Assembly: GCA_937891735.1 (NCBI GenBank)
Contig: CALAGR010000138.1
Location: forward strand, 7,123-71,122
Length of the DNA stretch: 64,000 nt
DNA from: an uncultured Pseudomonadota bacterium
GTDB lineage: Bacteria; Myxococcota_A; UBA796; UBA9615
Direction of reading: 5' to 3'
Shown: in pieces, positions 1 through 9,813 of the stretch
How positions within the stretch are numbered: the stretch's first letter is position 1
How the letters are laid out: the number at the start of each line of letters is the position of its first letter
Made by a program: the position numbers and the translations under genes
Notes under the pieces: model-generated
What the model was told of the DNA's origin: nothing
The model's database searches: none
The model's input: only the letters and a program-made list of their open reading frames with translations

Positions 1-544
1 CCGCGGAGCTCGGCGGATCCTCGTTCAGCACGCCGTCTTCGTCCGAACTCCAGCGGATCGCGAGGTCCTGGGGGGGATCTTCCGCGTCCCCCACCGATGC
101 GATCAGCGCGACGGGCTCGGCGGCGTTCACCGCCCCCTGCTGCGGCGCGGTGACGGCGCATGTGGGCGCGGTGTTGCCGAGCAGCGTCACGGTCACCGAC
201 GCGCTCGCGCTGGCGCCGCCGGGATCGATGACCGCCAGGGTGATCCGGTGCTCGCCCACGTCGGGCTGCTCCCACAGGAACCGCGCGTTCCCGGCGCCGT
301 CCTGGGGCGCCCCGTCGAAGAGCACGCCGCTGACGTCGCTGCTCCAGGTCACCCGCAGGTCCGCCGCCTGGGTGCCGGTGTCCCCGACGACGCCCACCAG
401 CTCCAGGGGCACCAGCGCCGAGCTCGTCGCCCCGTCCGCAGGCTGCAGGATCGTCGCGTTGGGCGGCGTGTTTCCGGTGGTGATGTTCCCGTCGCTGCAA
501 CCCAGCAGCAGCGCGGCGCACACCAGCCCCATGCAGGTCCTCAT
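1..544 (-). CDS. Partial (runs off window) lipoprotein with repeated Ig/PKD-like domains
   Basis: Not in the ORF track. Manual translation from ATG at 544 (TGATG overlap with upstream stop): MRTCMGLVCAALLLGC|SDGNITTGNTPPNATILQPADG... Lipobox, and the repeated unit NTxP...WSSDxxGVL. Confidence 0.75.
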   Translation of the reverse strand, partial: MRTCMGLVCAALLLGCSDGNITTGNTPPNATILQPADGATSSALVPLELVGVVGDTGTQAADLRVTWSSDVSGVLFDGAPQDGAGNARFLWEQPDVGEHRITLAVIDPGGASASASVTVTLLGNTAPTCAVTAPQQGAVNAAEPVALIASVGDAEDPPQDLAIRWSSDEDGVLNEDPPSSA

Positions 545-2103
545 CAGGCCCCAGCCGCTTCGTCGGGCGTGGTGATCGTCTTCGACACCGCCTTGGGGTC
601 CCCATCGTCGCAGTCCGAGCCCGGGTCGGGCTCGTAGGTGATGCGCGACAGCCGCAGATCCGACGTAAACACCTCGGGCTTGTAGATGCTGGTCCCGAGC
701 AGCATGCGCACGCAGTCCTGCACGGCTTCGGTGACCGCGGGGTGCGGGTGCAGCAGCTCGGCGATCTCGCGGATGGAGTGGCTCGCCTTCATCATCAGCG
801 ACACCGCCTCGATGGTGGTGGACGCGTGCACGCCCGCCGCGCGCATGCCCAGGATCTCCATCTTGTCGCAGTCGGTGGTGAGCATCTTCACGAAGCCGGA
901 CGTGGCGCGCATGGCGATGGCGCGGTTGTTGAGCGCGTATCCGTAGACCGCGACCTTGTAGGGGATCCGCTTCTCCTGGGCCTGCTGCTCGTTGAGGCCG
1001 ATGGCCGCCACCTCGGGATCCAGGAAGTAGATCGAGCTGATGTTGTCGTAATTCATGCGCGTGGTGCTGCCCCCGAACATGCGCTCCACGGCGTGGCGCC
1101 CCTCGATCTCGCCGATCGAGACGAGGGCGATGTCCTGGGTGATGTCACCGACCGCGTAGATGTGGGGCTGCGAGGTCCGGGTGTCGTCGTCGTCGATGTA
1201 TCCGCGCGACGTCAGCGCCACCCCCGCGGTGTCCAGGCCCAGCCCGTCGGCGCAGGGCTCGCGCCCCACGGACACGACGGCGTGGTCCACGGTGATCGTC
1301 TCGCGCCCGCCGGTGTGGTGCTGGATGGTGTAGGCGACCCGCCCGTCCACGACCTTCATGTCGATGAGGGTCGAGCGGTGGTGGATCGTCACCCCCGCGC
1401 GCTCCAGGTTCATGGAGCAGTGGCGGGACACGTCCTCGTCCTCGAAGGGCAGGATTCGGCCGCCGCGGTCGATCAGGTAGACCTTCGTCTGGCCGTAGTT
1501 GCTGAAGATCGTCGCGAACTCGCAGCCCACCACGCCCGCGCCCAGGATCACCAGCGACTTGGGGAACCGCTGGATCCCCATGACGTGGTCGCTGGTCATG
1601 ATGTAGTGGCCGTCCACCTTGATGCCCGGCAACGAGGTCGGGCGGCTGCCCGTGGCGATGATGAAGTGATCCGCGGTGAGGGTGCGGTCCGAGCCGGGCT
1701 CGTTGCCCTCCACGCGGACCCGGTGGGGATCCAGGAAGCGCGCCGTGCCCGACAGGAGCTGCACGAGGCCGGAGCGGTGCGCGGTGGGCCGGCCCAGTTC
1801 CTCCAGCTGGCGCCGCATCTGGGAGACCTTCTCGTCCACCGCGACGTTGACGCAGTGCACGACCTGGCGGAAGTCCACCTCGACGTTGTCCGCGGTGTAG
1901 CCCCGGTCCCGGCGCTTGGCGTTGCGGTAGTCCCGGCTGAGCTCCCACAGCGTCTTGCTCGACAGGGCCCCGTTGTGCACGCCGGTGCCGCCGAGCTCGG
2001 TCTTCTCGATGATGCAGACGCGCTTGCCGAAGTCCCAGGCGCGCATCGCCGCCGCGAAGCCGGCCGGCCCGGCTCCGATGACGCACACGTCGTAGTCAGC
2101 CAT
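544..2103 (-). CDS. Pyridine nucleotide-disulfide oxidoreductase family flavoprotein (DLDH/SthA-like, lacking the redox-active Cys pair)
   Basis: GAGPAG FAD motif, ATGS, GAGVVGCE NAD motif, YAVGD, C-terminal HPHPAVTE. GGAGG RBS at 2113-2117; start at 2103 or 2112. Confidence 0.85.
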   Translation of the reverse strand: MADYDVCVIGAGPAGFAAAMRAWDFGKRVCIIEKTELGGTGVHNGALSSKTLWELSRDYRNAKRRDRGYTADNVEVDFRQVVHCVNVAVDEKVSQMRRQLEELGRPTAHRSGLVQLLSGTARFLDPHRVRVEGNEPGSDRTLTADHFIIATGSRPTSLPGIKVDGHYIMTSDHVMGIQRFPKSLVILGAGVVGCEFATIFSNYGQTKVYLIDRGGRILPFEDEDVSRHCSMNLERAGVTIHHRSTLIDMKVVDGRVAYTIQHHTGGRETITVDHAVVSVGREPCADGLGLDTAGVALTSRGYIDDDDTRTSQPHIYAVGDITQDIALVSIGEIEGRHAVERMFGGSTTRMNYDNISSIYFLDPEVAAIGLNEQQAQEKRIPYKVAVYGYALNNRAIAMRATSGFVKMLTTDCDKMEILGMRAAGVHASTTIEAVSLMMKASHSIREIAELLHPHPAVTEAVQDCVRMLLGTSIYKPEVFTSDLRLSRITYEPDPGSDCDDGDPKAVSKTITTPDEAAGA

Positions 2104-2251
2104 GTCGGTCATCCTCCGGGATCGCGAGTCTACCCCGCGGGCATTGCGCCGCCCGAGACCCCGGTTGCCCGGTCGCCCGGTACTGCGCTTGCTGGGTGTG
2201 GGGGCCAGACGCGGCGGGAGCGGGAGCCTCGACGCGCCAGGGGAGACAGCG

Positions 2252-3688
2252 ATGCGTATCTCACTGCAACACCTCGGTTGGACCACCGCGGCCCTCGGCC
2301 TGCTCGGACTCATCGGTTGCCCGATGTCCGGGGACGACGACGACATGGCGTACGGCGGAGGCGGGTACGGCGACGACGACGACGACGTCGAGTCCGAGCG
2401 GGTGTTCGGGCCCGACGATGTCGAGGACGACGTCTGCGTCGAGGTGCCGGCCGAGCCCACGACGTGGTTCGTGTCAGCGGACGACTCGAACTCCATGGCC
2501 CAGCCGACGCTGTTCCGCAGGGCCATCGAGGCCGGCTACCCCATCCAAGCCGCGCCCCGCCTGTACGAGTTCCTCAACTACTACAGCTTCGACTTCGGGC
2601 CGGGCAGCGAGGTGCGGCTGGTTCCCCAGCTGCGGCGCACCGAGGAAGGCGCGCTGAGCCTGCTCGTGGCGGTGGTCGCGCCGGACAAGGCGAACACTGC
2701 GCGGCGGCCCCTGAACCTGACGTTCAGCCTGGATCTCTCAGGCTCCATGGGCGATTACGGGATCGCGGGGCTGCAGTCCGCGGTGCGGGCGATCGTCGGC
2801 GAGCTCCAGAGCGGCGACATGGTCTCGATGGTCGAGTGGTCCACGAGCCAGACGGTGCTCGTGTCGTCCCGCACGGTCTCGGGGCCGAACGATCCCACGC
2901 TGCTGGGAGTCGTGGCGGGGCTGAGCCCCGGAGGCGGCACCGACCTGGACGGAGGGCTGGCCCGGGCCTACGCGCTGGCCTGGCAGAACTGGTCGGCGAC
3001 GAGCCTGAACCGCGTGATCCTCATCAGCGATGGCGGCGCGAACGTCGGGGTGACCTCGGCGGAGCTGATCGCCCAGCACGCCGAAGACGGCCAGTCCGAC
3101 GGGGTCTACCTGGGGGCGATCGGCGCGGGCTCGATCCAGGAGTCGCTCATGGACACGATCACCGATTTGGGCAAGGGCGCGTACATGTACATCGACTCCG
3201 ACGCCGAGGCCGCCAGGCTCCTGGGGGGCGACCGCTTCCTGGCCGCCGTGGATCTCGCCGCGCGGGACGTGCAGCTCGCCCTGACGCTGCCCGAGGGGGT
3301 GGTGATCGACCACTTCAGCGGGGAGGAGATCAGCGCGAACCCCGACGAGGTCCGGCCGCAGCACCTCGCCCCCAACGACTCGATGCTCTACCACTTCGAT
3401 CTGGTGGACTGCACGGAGGAGGCGTCGGGGCGCCTGGTGGGGCTGGAGGTGACCTGGCTCGAGCCCTTCACGGGCGAGCAGCGGTCCACGAGCATGACCG
3501 TGGACTGGGACGCGCTGCTGGCGGGGCCGTCCGACGCGGTGCTCAAGGCCGACGCCATCGTGAGGTACGCCCGGATCGCCGGCGGCGAGGCGCTGGACGC
3601 GCAGCTGGTCTACGACGCGGCGGCGGCGCTGCCGACCGACACGGACCTGGCCGAGGTGGCGGGGCTGACCCAGCTGGTCGCGCCGTAG
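2252..3688 (+). CDS. vWA-domain lipoprotein (YfbK-like)
   Basis: Lipobox LLGLIGC, MIDAS DLSGSM, GGTD, ISDGGAN, EFLNYYSF segment; GGGAG RBS. Confidence 0.85.
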   Translation: MRISLQHLGWTTAALGLLGLIGCPMSGDDDDMAYGGGGYGDDDDDVESERVFGPDDVEDDVCVEVPAEPTTWFVSADDSNSMAQPTLFRRAIEAGYPIQAAPRLYEFLNYYSFDFGPGSEVRLVPQLRRTEEGALSLLVAVVAPDKANTARRPLNLTFSLDLSGSMGDYGIAGLQSAVRAIVGELQSGDMVSMVEWSTSQTVLVSSRTVSGPNDPTLLGVVAGLSPGGGTDLDGGLARAYALAWQNWSATSLNRVILISDGGANVGVTSAELIAQHAEDGQSDGVYLGAIGAGSIQESLMDTITDLGKGAYMYIDSDAEAARLLGGDRFLAAVDLAARDVQLALTLPEGVVIDHFSGEEISANPDEVRPQHLAPNDSMLYHFDLVDCTEEASGRLVGLEVTWLEPFTGEQRSTSMTVDWDALLAGPSDAVLKADAIVRYARIAGGEALDAQLVYDAAAALPTDTDLAEVAGLTQLVAP

Positions 3689-3701
3689 GGGGCGGCAGCG
3701 C

Positions 3702-4688
3702 TCAGGGCTCGTAGCCGCGCCAGTACAGGCGGCCGCACTCCGCACACTGGAACACCGCGTTCAGGTCCCACCCGTGCGCGGTGGCCCAGGGCTCCATCCC
3801 CTGCGCCGCCACCACCAGCGCCTCGATCTGCGCCGGCAGGCCCATGGGCAGCCCGATCGCGTCGGGCGACAGCCCCATGTTTCCCTCCCACACCAGCACC
3901 GCCAGCCGCTCGTGGCACACCGGCCAGCTCATCCCGGGGAAGCGGAACGGCGAAGGCGCGCGCCGGATCGCCTCCTGGTGGGCCGGCAGGGAGTCCACCT
4001 CCGGCTTGTCGGCGGCGACCCAGCCCGCTCCAGCGCGCCGGGGCTTCCAGTCCCCCACGATGTCCGCGGTGGGCGCCTCGTCCAGCTCCCGCGCCGCCAC
4101 CGGCGTCGCATGATCGCCCGCCCCCAGCTCGTCGTCGCCCAGGCCCAGGGGCGCTCCGTCGGCGCTTCCATCCCAGCCGTGGGGTCCCCACCGCACCAGG
4201 AACCACCGCCGCCACACCTGCCGCGACACCCAGGGCACCGCGGGCTCCGTGAACACGACTCCGGCCTCCTCGCGCTGGGCCTCGCGCTTGTCGAAGTACG
4301 CCACCAGCTGTGCCTCGCGCACCGCGAACTGGTCGCGCTTCTCCTCATCCGTGCGCCTGTCGCGGCCCAGCCAGCTGAAGCCGATCGACATCCCCGAGAA
4401 GGCCACGGACAGCACCTGGAACGACACCAGCGCCGTCGCCAGCCCCTCCCGACCCAGGGAGCGGGCCACCAGGATCCCGAGCAGCGCGCTCGCCCAGAAG
4501 GCGCCGGCGGCCCAGAACATCCCGTCCCGCTCGCGCTCCTTGCGCTTCGGGTCCGTCACCCCGCGCGCGCCGGCGTCCGCCAGGGCCCGCGAGCGGCGGT
4601 AGTCGTCGAACACCAGGTACGGGAACAGCACCGCCAGGAACGGCACGAACGCCGCCGCGATCACGACGTAGAAGGGCCCGCGCGGCAT
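3702..4688 (-). CDS. Hypothetical membrane protein with a C-terminal Cys-containing domain (CbrC-like?)
   Basis: Three N-terminal hydrophobic segments; C-terminal WPVCH...VFQCAECG; 1 nt from the upstream stop. Confidence 0.6.
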   Translation of the reverse strand: MPRGPFYVVIAAAFVPFLAVLFPYLVFDDYRRSRALADAGARGVTDPKRKERERDGMFWAAGAFWASALLGILVARSLGREGLATALVSFQVLSVAFSGMSIGFSWLGRDRRTDEEKRDQFAVREAQLVAYFDKREAQREEAGVVFTEPAVPWVSRQVWRRWFLVRWGPHGWDGSADGAPLGLGDDELGAGDHATPVAARELDEAPTADIVGDWKPRRAGAGWVAADKPEVDSLPAHQEAIRRAPSPFRFPGMSWPVCHERLAVLVWEGNMGLSPDAIGLPMGLPAQIEALVVAAQGMEPWATAHGWDLNAVFQCAECGRLYWRGYEP

Positions 4689-4689
4689 G

Positions 4690-5961
4690 TCAGTCCGTGT
4701 GGGGCACCGGCCGCGGCGTCACCGGCGTGGTGGGGATCTCCAGGCCGCCCTTGGGCCGCTGCTTCGTCGTGCGCACCCGGTCCCGGCGCTCCTTCGACTC
4801 CGTGGCGCGCGTGTTCTGCTCCGCCCGGACCTGCTCGAGCTTCACCCCGGCGCTCTTGAACTTCGGCCAGGCCGCCACCGCCTGCTCCAGGTGGTGGATC
4901 GCCAGCTCGTAGTGGCGCTGTCGCCGCTCCAGCAGGCCCAGCCGGTAGTGGGTGTGGGCCTGATACTCCGGGAGCGGTCCGCTCTCCAGGTACTTCTTGA
5001 AGGCCTCCATCGCCGCCTCGTTGTTGCGCCGGCTCTTGTAGTGGGTCTCACCGATCTGCCACCACAGGCGTCCGTTCTCCGGGGCGATCTTCCGGGCCCC
5101 CTCCAGCGCCGCCAGCGCCTCGTCGTAGCGCTTCAGGTTCCGGTAGATCTGGGCGAGGGTCATCTCGTTGAGGACCGAGGTGGGGTAGCGCTCCCTGCAC
5201 CACAGGGACTCCTTGAGCGCTCCTTCGTAGTCCTTGCTCTCCATCAGGGAGTAGGCCAGCGCGAGGCTCGCCGGCGCCGGCGCGAGCAGGCCCTTGTCCC
5301 GGGCGAGCCGCATCTGCGCCAGGCCCTCGGCCCGGTGGTCCCCGAAGCTCGGCAGGAACTCGACCTGGTCCGTGTAGGCCGTGCGCCAGTAGTTGTACAG
5401 ACCCAGGGCGAGCTTCACGTCCTGGAACTCGGGGGCCAGGCGCTCGACCTTCTTGACGTTCTCCAGGGCCTCCCACGCCAGGTTGAAGCCGCTCAGGTAG
5501 TCCAGATGACGCACGTGATACATGGCCCCGACGCCCTGGTGCACGGCGAGCAGGAACAGGTTCCAGGCCTTCTTGTCAGGCGACCGGGCGACCCGCTCGA
5601 AGCGCTTGTCCGACTCCGCGGACTCCTGCAGGTAGGCGCGATCCAGCGAGAAGTCGTAGTTCTCGAACATGATCGCCTGGTACACGACGGCCAGCCCCAC
5701 CGAGCCCAGGGGGGAGTCCGGGAAGTCCATGCCGGCCGCCTCGAACACGTCGAGCGCGTCCCCCAGGCGGCGCTGGTAGATCAGCTCCATGCCCTCCTGC
5801 GCGGCCTGGAACTCCGCCCGCGGCACGTCCAGCGGGTTCTCACCGGTGAAGTTCTTGCCGGACTTGTTCCGGTGCTTCGCCTCGGCGAGACCGGGCATCG
5901 CGAGGGCCATCGCCAGGGCAATGGTGATGATCTGCGGGGTGCGTACTGAGGTGGACCTCAT
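4690..5961 (-). CDS. Secreted TPR-repeat protein
   Basis: Signal peptide (IITIALAMALAMPGLAEA) and several TPR-like helices; ATGA overlap with the gshB stop. Confidence 0.8.
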   Translation of the reverse strand: MRSTSVRTPQIITIALAMALAMPGLAEAKHRNKSGKNFTGENPLDVPRAEFQAAQEGMELIYQRRLGDALDVFEAAGMDFPDSPLGSVGLAVVYQAIMFENYDFSLDRAYLQESAESDKRFERVARSPDKKAWNLFLLAVHQGVGAMYHVRHLDYLSGFNLAWEALENVKKVERLAPEFQDVKLALGLYNYWRTAYTDQVEFLPSFGDHRAEGLAQMRLARDKGLLAPAPASLALAYSLMESKDYEGALKESLWCRERYPTSVLNEMTLAQIYRNLKRYDEALAALEGARKIAPENGRLWWQIGETHYKSRRNNEAAMEAFKKYLESGPLPEYQAHTHYRLGLLERRQRHYELAIHHLEQAVAAWPKFKSAGVKLEQVRAEQNTRATESKERRDRVRTTKQRPKGGLEIPTTPVTPRPVPHTD

Positions 5962-6920
5962 GGCTTCTCCTTGTCGTCCGGCTCCCGAAGCGGCCGGCTC
6001 AGCGCGGCATCGATGATGTCCGCCTCGATGTGGGACCCGTACAACCGCGTGCACTCCTGGAGCCCGGTGGGGCTGGTGACGTTCACCTCGGTCAGCCAGC
6101 CACCGATGATGTCGATCCCCGTGAAGATCAAGTCGTTCTGTACGAGAAAGGGCTTCAGCGCGTCGCAGATGCGGAGGTCCCGCTCCGTCATCTCACACCC
6201 TTGGACGGTTGCCCCGGTGTGCATATTTCCCCGATGGTCGTTTTTCGTCGGAACCCGCAGGAACGCCCCCTTCGGCACCCCATCCACCAGGATGATCCGC
6301 TTGTCCCCTTCGGTGATCTCGGGGATGTAGCGCTGCACCATCACGAAGTCCCGCCCATCTGCGGTCCCTGACTCGATCATGGAGTTCAGGTTCCTGTCGC
6401 CTTCTTCGAGCACGAAGATCCCGCGACCGCCGTTGCCATCCCAGGGCTTGATCACCGCGCGACCGCCGTGCTCCGAAAGGAAGGATCGGATCCGACCCTG
6501 ATCCCGGGTCACCATGCTCGGCACGATCAGCTCCGGGAACCGGGTGATCACCATCTTCTCGTTGGCGTCCCGCAGCGCGTGGGGGGCGTTGACGACGGGC
6601 ACCCGGCGCGCGACGAGGTCGAGCAGGTAGGTGCAGAAGATGTAGGTCATGTCGAAGGGAGGATCGGTGCGCTTGAACACGACCCGACACGTCGACGTGT
6701 CGAGCTCGGCGGTCTGCAGGATCTCCGCCACCGCCGGCCGGGGACCCACCCGCAACCGGGACGCCGCCGCGAACACCCGGTCCCCCAACGACCAGAGATC
6801 GCCAGGGCCGCAGTGCCACACCTCGCCGCCGCGGGCCTGCCACTCGAGCATCAGCGCGTACGACGAGTCCTTGTCCACGTGGATCGTGGAGAGGGGGTCC
6901 ATCACAAACAGTGCGCGCAT
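5958..6920 (-). CDS. gshB: Glutathione synthetase
   Basis: FVMDP, KDSS, RTDPPFD, NEK, GDKRI, RGNMHTG, EVNVTSPTG motifs. Confidence 0.95.
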   Translation of the reverse strand: MRALFVMDPLSTIHVDKDSSYALMLEWQARGGEVWHCGPGDLWSLGDRVFAAASRLRVGPRPAVAEILQTAELDTSTCRVVFKRTDPPFDMTYIFCTYLLDLVARRVPVVNAPHALRDANEKMVITRFPELIVPSMVTRDQGRIRSFLSEHGGRAVIKPWDGNGGRGIFVLEEGDRNLNSMIESGTADGRDFVMVQRYIPEITEGDKRIILVDGVPKGAFLRVPTKNDHRGNMHTGATVQGCEMTERDLRICDALKPFLVQNDLIFTGIDIIGGWLTEVNVTSPTGLQECTRLYGSHIEADIIDAALSRPLREPDDKEKP

Positions 6921-6956
6921 CGGGCTTCCTGGGAGGTCGTCCTGAGCGGACGTCGT

Positions 6957-7802
6957 CTAGAGCGTCGCCGGAGCCGGATCCATCGCGGAGCCGCCCTCCT
7001 GCACGTCGAGGTAGAGCAAGGTACCCGCTGTGACGAGGGCCGGCGCGAGGACCAGCTGCAGGAGGGGGACCAGCATCACGAGGAGCAGGGCCGCACCGAA
7101 CCCCAGCCAGGGTGCCATCGCGGCGCGCGCCCACCGCATCTTGTGGGGCAGGGGCAGCTTGCGACGCTCGAGCACCGGATCCGTGAAGTTGAGCGCGAGG
7201 AAGAACGCCGAGTACACGACCGTTCCGGCCAGCCCCACGAGGCCCACCACGGGCACCAGGGACAGGAAGAACAGCGGCACGTACATCGCCGCGAACAACC
7301 CCAGCCGCTGCACGGAGGAGCGGATGGCGCGCCCCGCGTCCCGGGTCAGGGTCGACAGGTTCAAGGGCTCGTCCGGCGGGGGCCGGCCGGTGGCGATGCG
7401 CTCCACCACCTCGGAGAGCTTCTCGTGAAACGGTCCCGCGATGACGGCGCCGACCAGGATCCCCGACAGCAGCGTGCCCCCGACCAGCAGCACCGTGGTG
7501 ATGAGCCCGATCAGCCCGTTCAGGACGGCCCGCCCCGCCGTGGCGTACCAGCGCGCTCCCTCGCCGGCGGCCTCGGCCCAGTCGGGCTGGATGAGGGCGT
7601 ACAGGCTGCTGAACTCGCTGAAGGCGTACACCCCAAGGCCGAGCAGGATCAGCCCGTTCACGAGCGCCGGAAGCACCGCGTAGGGCCAGGCGCCGCGGTT
7701 GCGCAGCAGCCACAGGATGCCCTTGAAGGGGTAGCTCGCGCCGCGCAGGAAGCCGGCCGGTCCGCCCCCGGGCGGAGTCAGGGTGTGGGTGGGTTCAGGC
7801 AC
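6957..7802 (-). CDS. EI24/CysZ-family membrane protein
   Basis: GASYPFKG start, IAGPFHEKLSEVVE motif, LVPVVG, multiple TM helices. Confidence 0.8.
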   Translation of the reverse strand: MPEPTHTLTPPGGGPAGFLRGASYPFKGILWLLRNRGAWPYAVLPALVNGLILLGLGVYAFSEFSSLYALIQPDWAEAAGEGARWYATAGRAVLNGLIGLITTVLLVGGTLLSGILVGAVIAGPFHEKLSEVVERIATGRPPPDEPLNLSTLTRDAGRAIRSSVQRLGLFAAMYVPLFFLSLVPVVGLVGLAGTVVYSAFFLALNFTDPVLERRKLPLPHKMRWARAAMAPWLGFGAALLLVMLVPLLQLVLAPALVTAGTLLYLDVQEGGSAMDPAPATL

Positions 7803-7835
7803 GACGGCGACAACCTAGCGGCATACTCACTCCTC

Positions 7836-8483
7836 GTGACCTGGCGCCTCCCCCTCCTGCTCCTCGCCGCGCTGCTGTGCCTCGTTCCCGCGGCCGGCGC
7901 GCACACGGTGATGTTCCAGCGGCTGGTGCATGTGCGGATCCAGCCCGAGGGGATGGAGGTCGCGATGGCGATCACCATCCACGCCGGCCCCGAGGCGCTG
8001 CGCCTGCGCCAGCGGTTCGACCTGGACGGCGACGAAGAGCTGTCCCGGGACGAGCAGGACCAACTGGCGAACTGGCTGGACGCCGAGGCGTTTCGGGACT
8101 TCGCGATCCACGTGCAGGGCGATCCCGTGTCGCTGGATGGGCGGGAGCGGTTCCTGGAGCTGACCCAGAACCACCGCTCCGACCTGGGGGAAGGCCTGCG
8201 CTTCCGGTCCGTGCACGAAGGGCGCCTGCTTCTCCGACCCGGCGCGCGGCAGGTCGTGCTGCACGAGGCCCCGGGCAACGCGCGGGAGATGATCGCGCTC
8301 CGGCTCGATCTGCACGAGGGCCTGGAGCTGACGAAGTCCGACGGCCGGGAGGGGGCCAGCCGCCTCGTTCCGGCGGCGCAGCAGAGCTGGCAGGGCCTCA
8401 TCCGGGGCGTGCCGGGCGACTTCGTCCTCGACCTGCAGGTCTCCCGGTTGGGGCTCAGCCCAGACGACGCAGCACCGCGCTGA
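7836..8483 (+). CDS. Secreted hypothetical protein with N-terminal His and EF-hand-like loop
   Basis: GTG start; signal peptide ...VPAAGA|H; DLDGDEELSRDE loop. Confidence 0.65.
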   Translation: MTWRLPLLLLAALLCLVPAAGAHTVMFQRLVHVRIQPEGMEVAMAITIHAGPEALRLRQRFDLDGDEELSRDEQDQLANWLDAEAFRDFAIHVQGDPVSLDGRERFLELTQNHRSDLGEGLRFRSVHEGRLLLRPGARQVVLHEAPGNAREMIALRLDLHEGLELTKSDGREGASRLVPAAQQSWQGLIRGVPGDFVLDLQVSRLGLSPDDAAPR

Positions 8484-9309
8484 CGTAGCGCCGCAGCCCG
8501 GCGGGGCCCTGCGGAAAGAAGAGCGAGGGCTCGATGAGCTCCAGCTCCATCACCACCGGTGGCCCGGCCGGGCCCGGCGCCACGTCGATCCGGGCGTACA
8601 GCAGCGCGCCGTGGCGTTGGGCGACGGCCACCGCGGCGTGCGCCAGCGCCTCCTCCTCGGCCGAGATGGGCACCGACGTGGCGGTCACGGACTCGTCCTC
8701 GCCGTCCCAGCGCGGGTTCTTGCGGATGGCGTGGGTGAGGGCTCCGTCGATCCACACCAGGGCGCGCTCCCCGTGTCCCTCGACGGACTCCAGGTACGGC
8801 TGGATGAGCACGTCGCGCTCGGCCAGGAGGGCGGCGAGGTGGGCCTCTCCGAGCGCAGTGTCTCCGGGGCGCACCCGCAGCGTGCGAAAGGAGGCCGCCG
8901 AGATGGCCGGCTTCACGACGACGTCGCTCCACCCGCGCCGCGCCCGGACCTGCGCCAGGGTGTCCGTCCCGCCGCGCTCCAGGACCTCGGTGGGGGTGGT
9001 GGGCACGCCGGCCGCCTGCAGGTCCAGCAGGTAGCGCTTGTGCAGGTTCCACCGCACCACCGCGGGGGGGTTGACCAGCGTGGTCTGAAGTCCCACCGCG
9101 TCGATCCAGGCCGCGAACGCCTCGGGATGCTCGGGGTAGTTCCAGGTGGACCGGAGCAGGACGAGGGCGGCGTCATCCCAGCGCGCCGCCGGGTCGTCCC
9201 AGCCGCGCACGGCGACCGTGGCCCCGGCCTGCCGCAAGGCCTGCTCCAGGGGTGCAGCGTCCAGGTCCGGCTCGGGAAGATCACGACAAGAAGCGAGCAC
9301 GATGGTCAT
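8455..9309 (-). CDS. RimK/glutathione-synthase-like ATP-grasp protein
   Basis: RSTWNY, WNLHKRYL, VVKPAISAAS, YARID, MELELIEPSLF. Confidence 0.85.
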   Translation of the reverse strand: MTIVLASCRDLPEPDLDAAPLEQALRQAGATVAVRGWDDPAARWDDAALVLLRSTWNYPEHPEAFAAWIDAVGLQTTLVNPPAVVRWNLHKRYLLDLQAAGVPTTPTEVLERGGTDTLAQVRARRGWSDVVVKPAISAASFRTLRVRPGDTALGEAHLAALLAERDVLIQPYLESVEGHGERALVWIDGALTHAIRKNPRWDGEDESVTATSVPISAEEEALAHAAVAVAQRHGALLYARIDVAPGPAGPPVVMELELIEPSLFFPQGPAGLRRYVSAVLRRLG

Positions 9310-9350
9310 GGCGGGGGAGGGTAGCTCCGGCCCCCAGCAGATCGGATGAG

Positions 9351-9378
9351 TTGACCCCTTCACATCTCGGTCTATATT
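9351..9378 (+). promoter_or_regulatory. Putative sigma70-type promoter of the Fe-S carrier gene
   Basis: TTGACC-16 nt-TATATT upstream of 9421. Confidence 0.55.
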
Positions 9379-9420
9379 CCTGTTCGACGGGGCCACCTTC
9401 ACAGCCCCCCGGAGAGCACC

Positions 9421-9813
9421 ATGAGCGCGACCGAGACCATCAGCCTCGGCGGTCCGAGCCCGGCACCGCCGAGCAACGAGACCTATCCCATTCAGCTGAC
9501 GGCGAAGGCCATCTCCGCCGTGAAGCTCGCCATCGAAGAAGAGGGCATGGAGTCCTCGACCGCCCTGCGCGTCGCCGTCGTCGGCGGCGGCTGCTCGGGC
9601 TACAGCTACGCCCTGGACTTCCTCGACGAGGAGCCCGACGAAGAGGACATGGAGCTGAAGTTCGAGGGGCTCAGCGTGGTCATGGATCCCCACTCCGCCG
9701 AGCTGCTCAACGGAGTCGAGATCGACTACATCGAGACGCTGCAGAAGAAGGGGTTCGTGTTCAACAACCCCAACGCCACCCGCACCTGCGGCTGCGGCTC
9801 CTCCTTCTCCTGA
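9421..9813 (+). CDS. A-type Fe-S cluster carrier (HesB/IscA/ErpA family)
   Basis: GGGCSGYSY and NPNATRTCGCGSSF motifs. Confidence 0.95.
   Translation: MSATETISLGGPSPAPPSNETYPIQLTAKAISAVKLAIEEEGMESSTALRVAVVGGGCSGYSYALDFLDEEPDEEDMELKFEGLSVVMDPHSAELLNGVEIDYIETLQKKGFVFNNPNATRTCGCGSSFS

Noticed and set aside
742-3714. 990-aa plus-strand ORF and many similar long Arg/Gly/Pro-rich ORFs (e.g. 49822-52986, 36986-39292, 45517-46965)
   Set aside because: Off-frame or antisense to well-supported genes; composition typical of GC-rich shadow ORFs.
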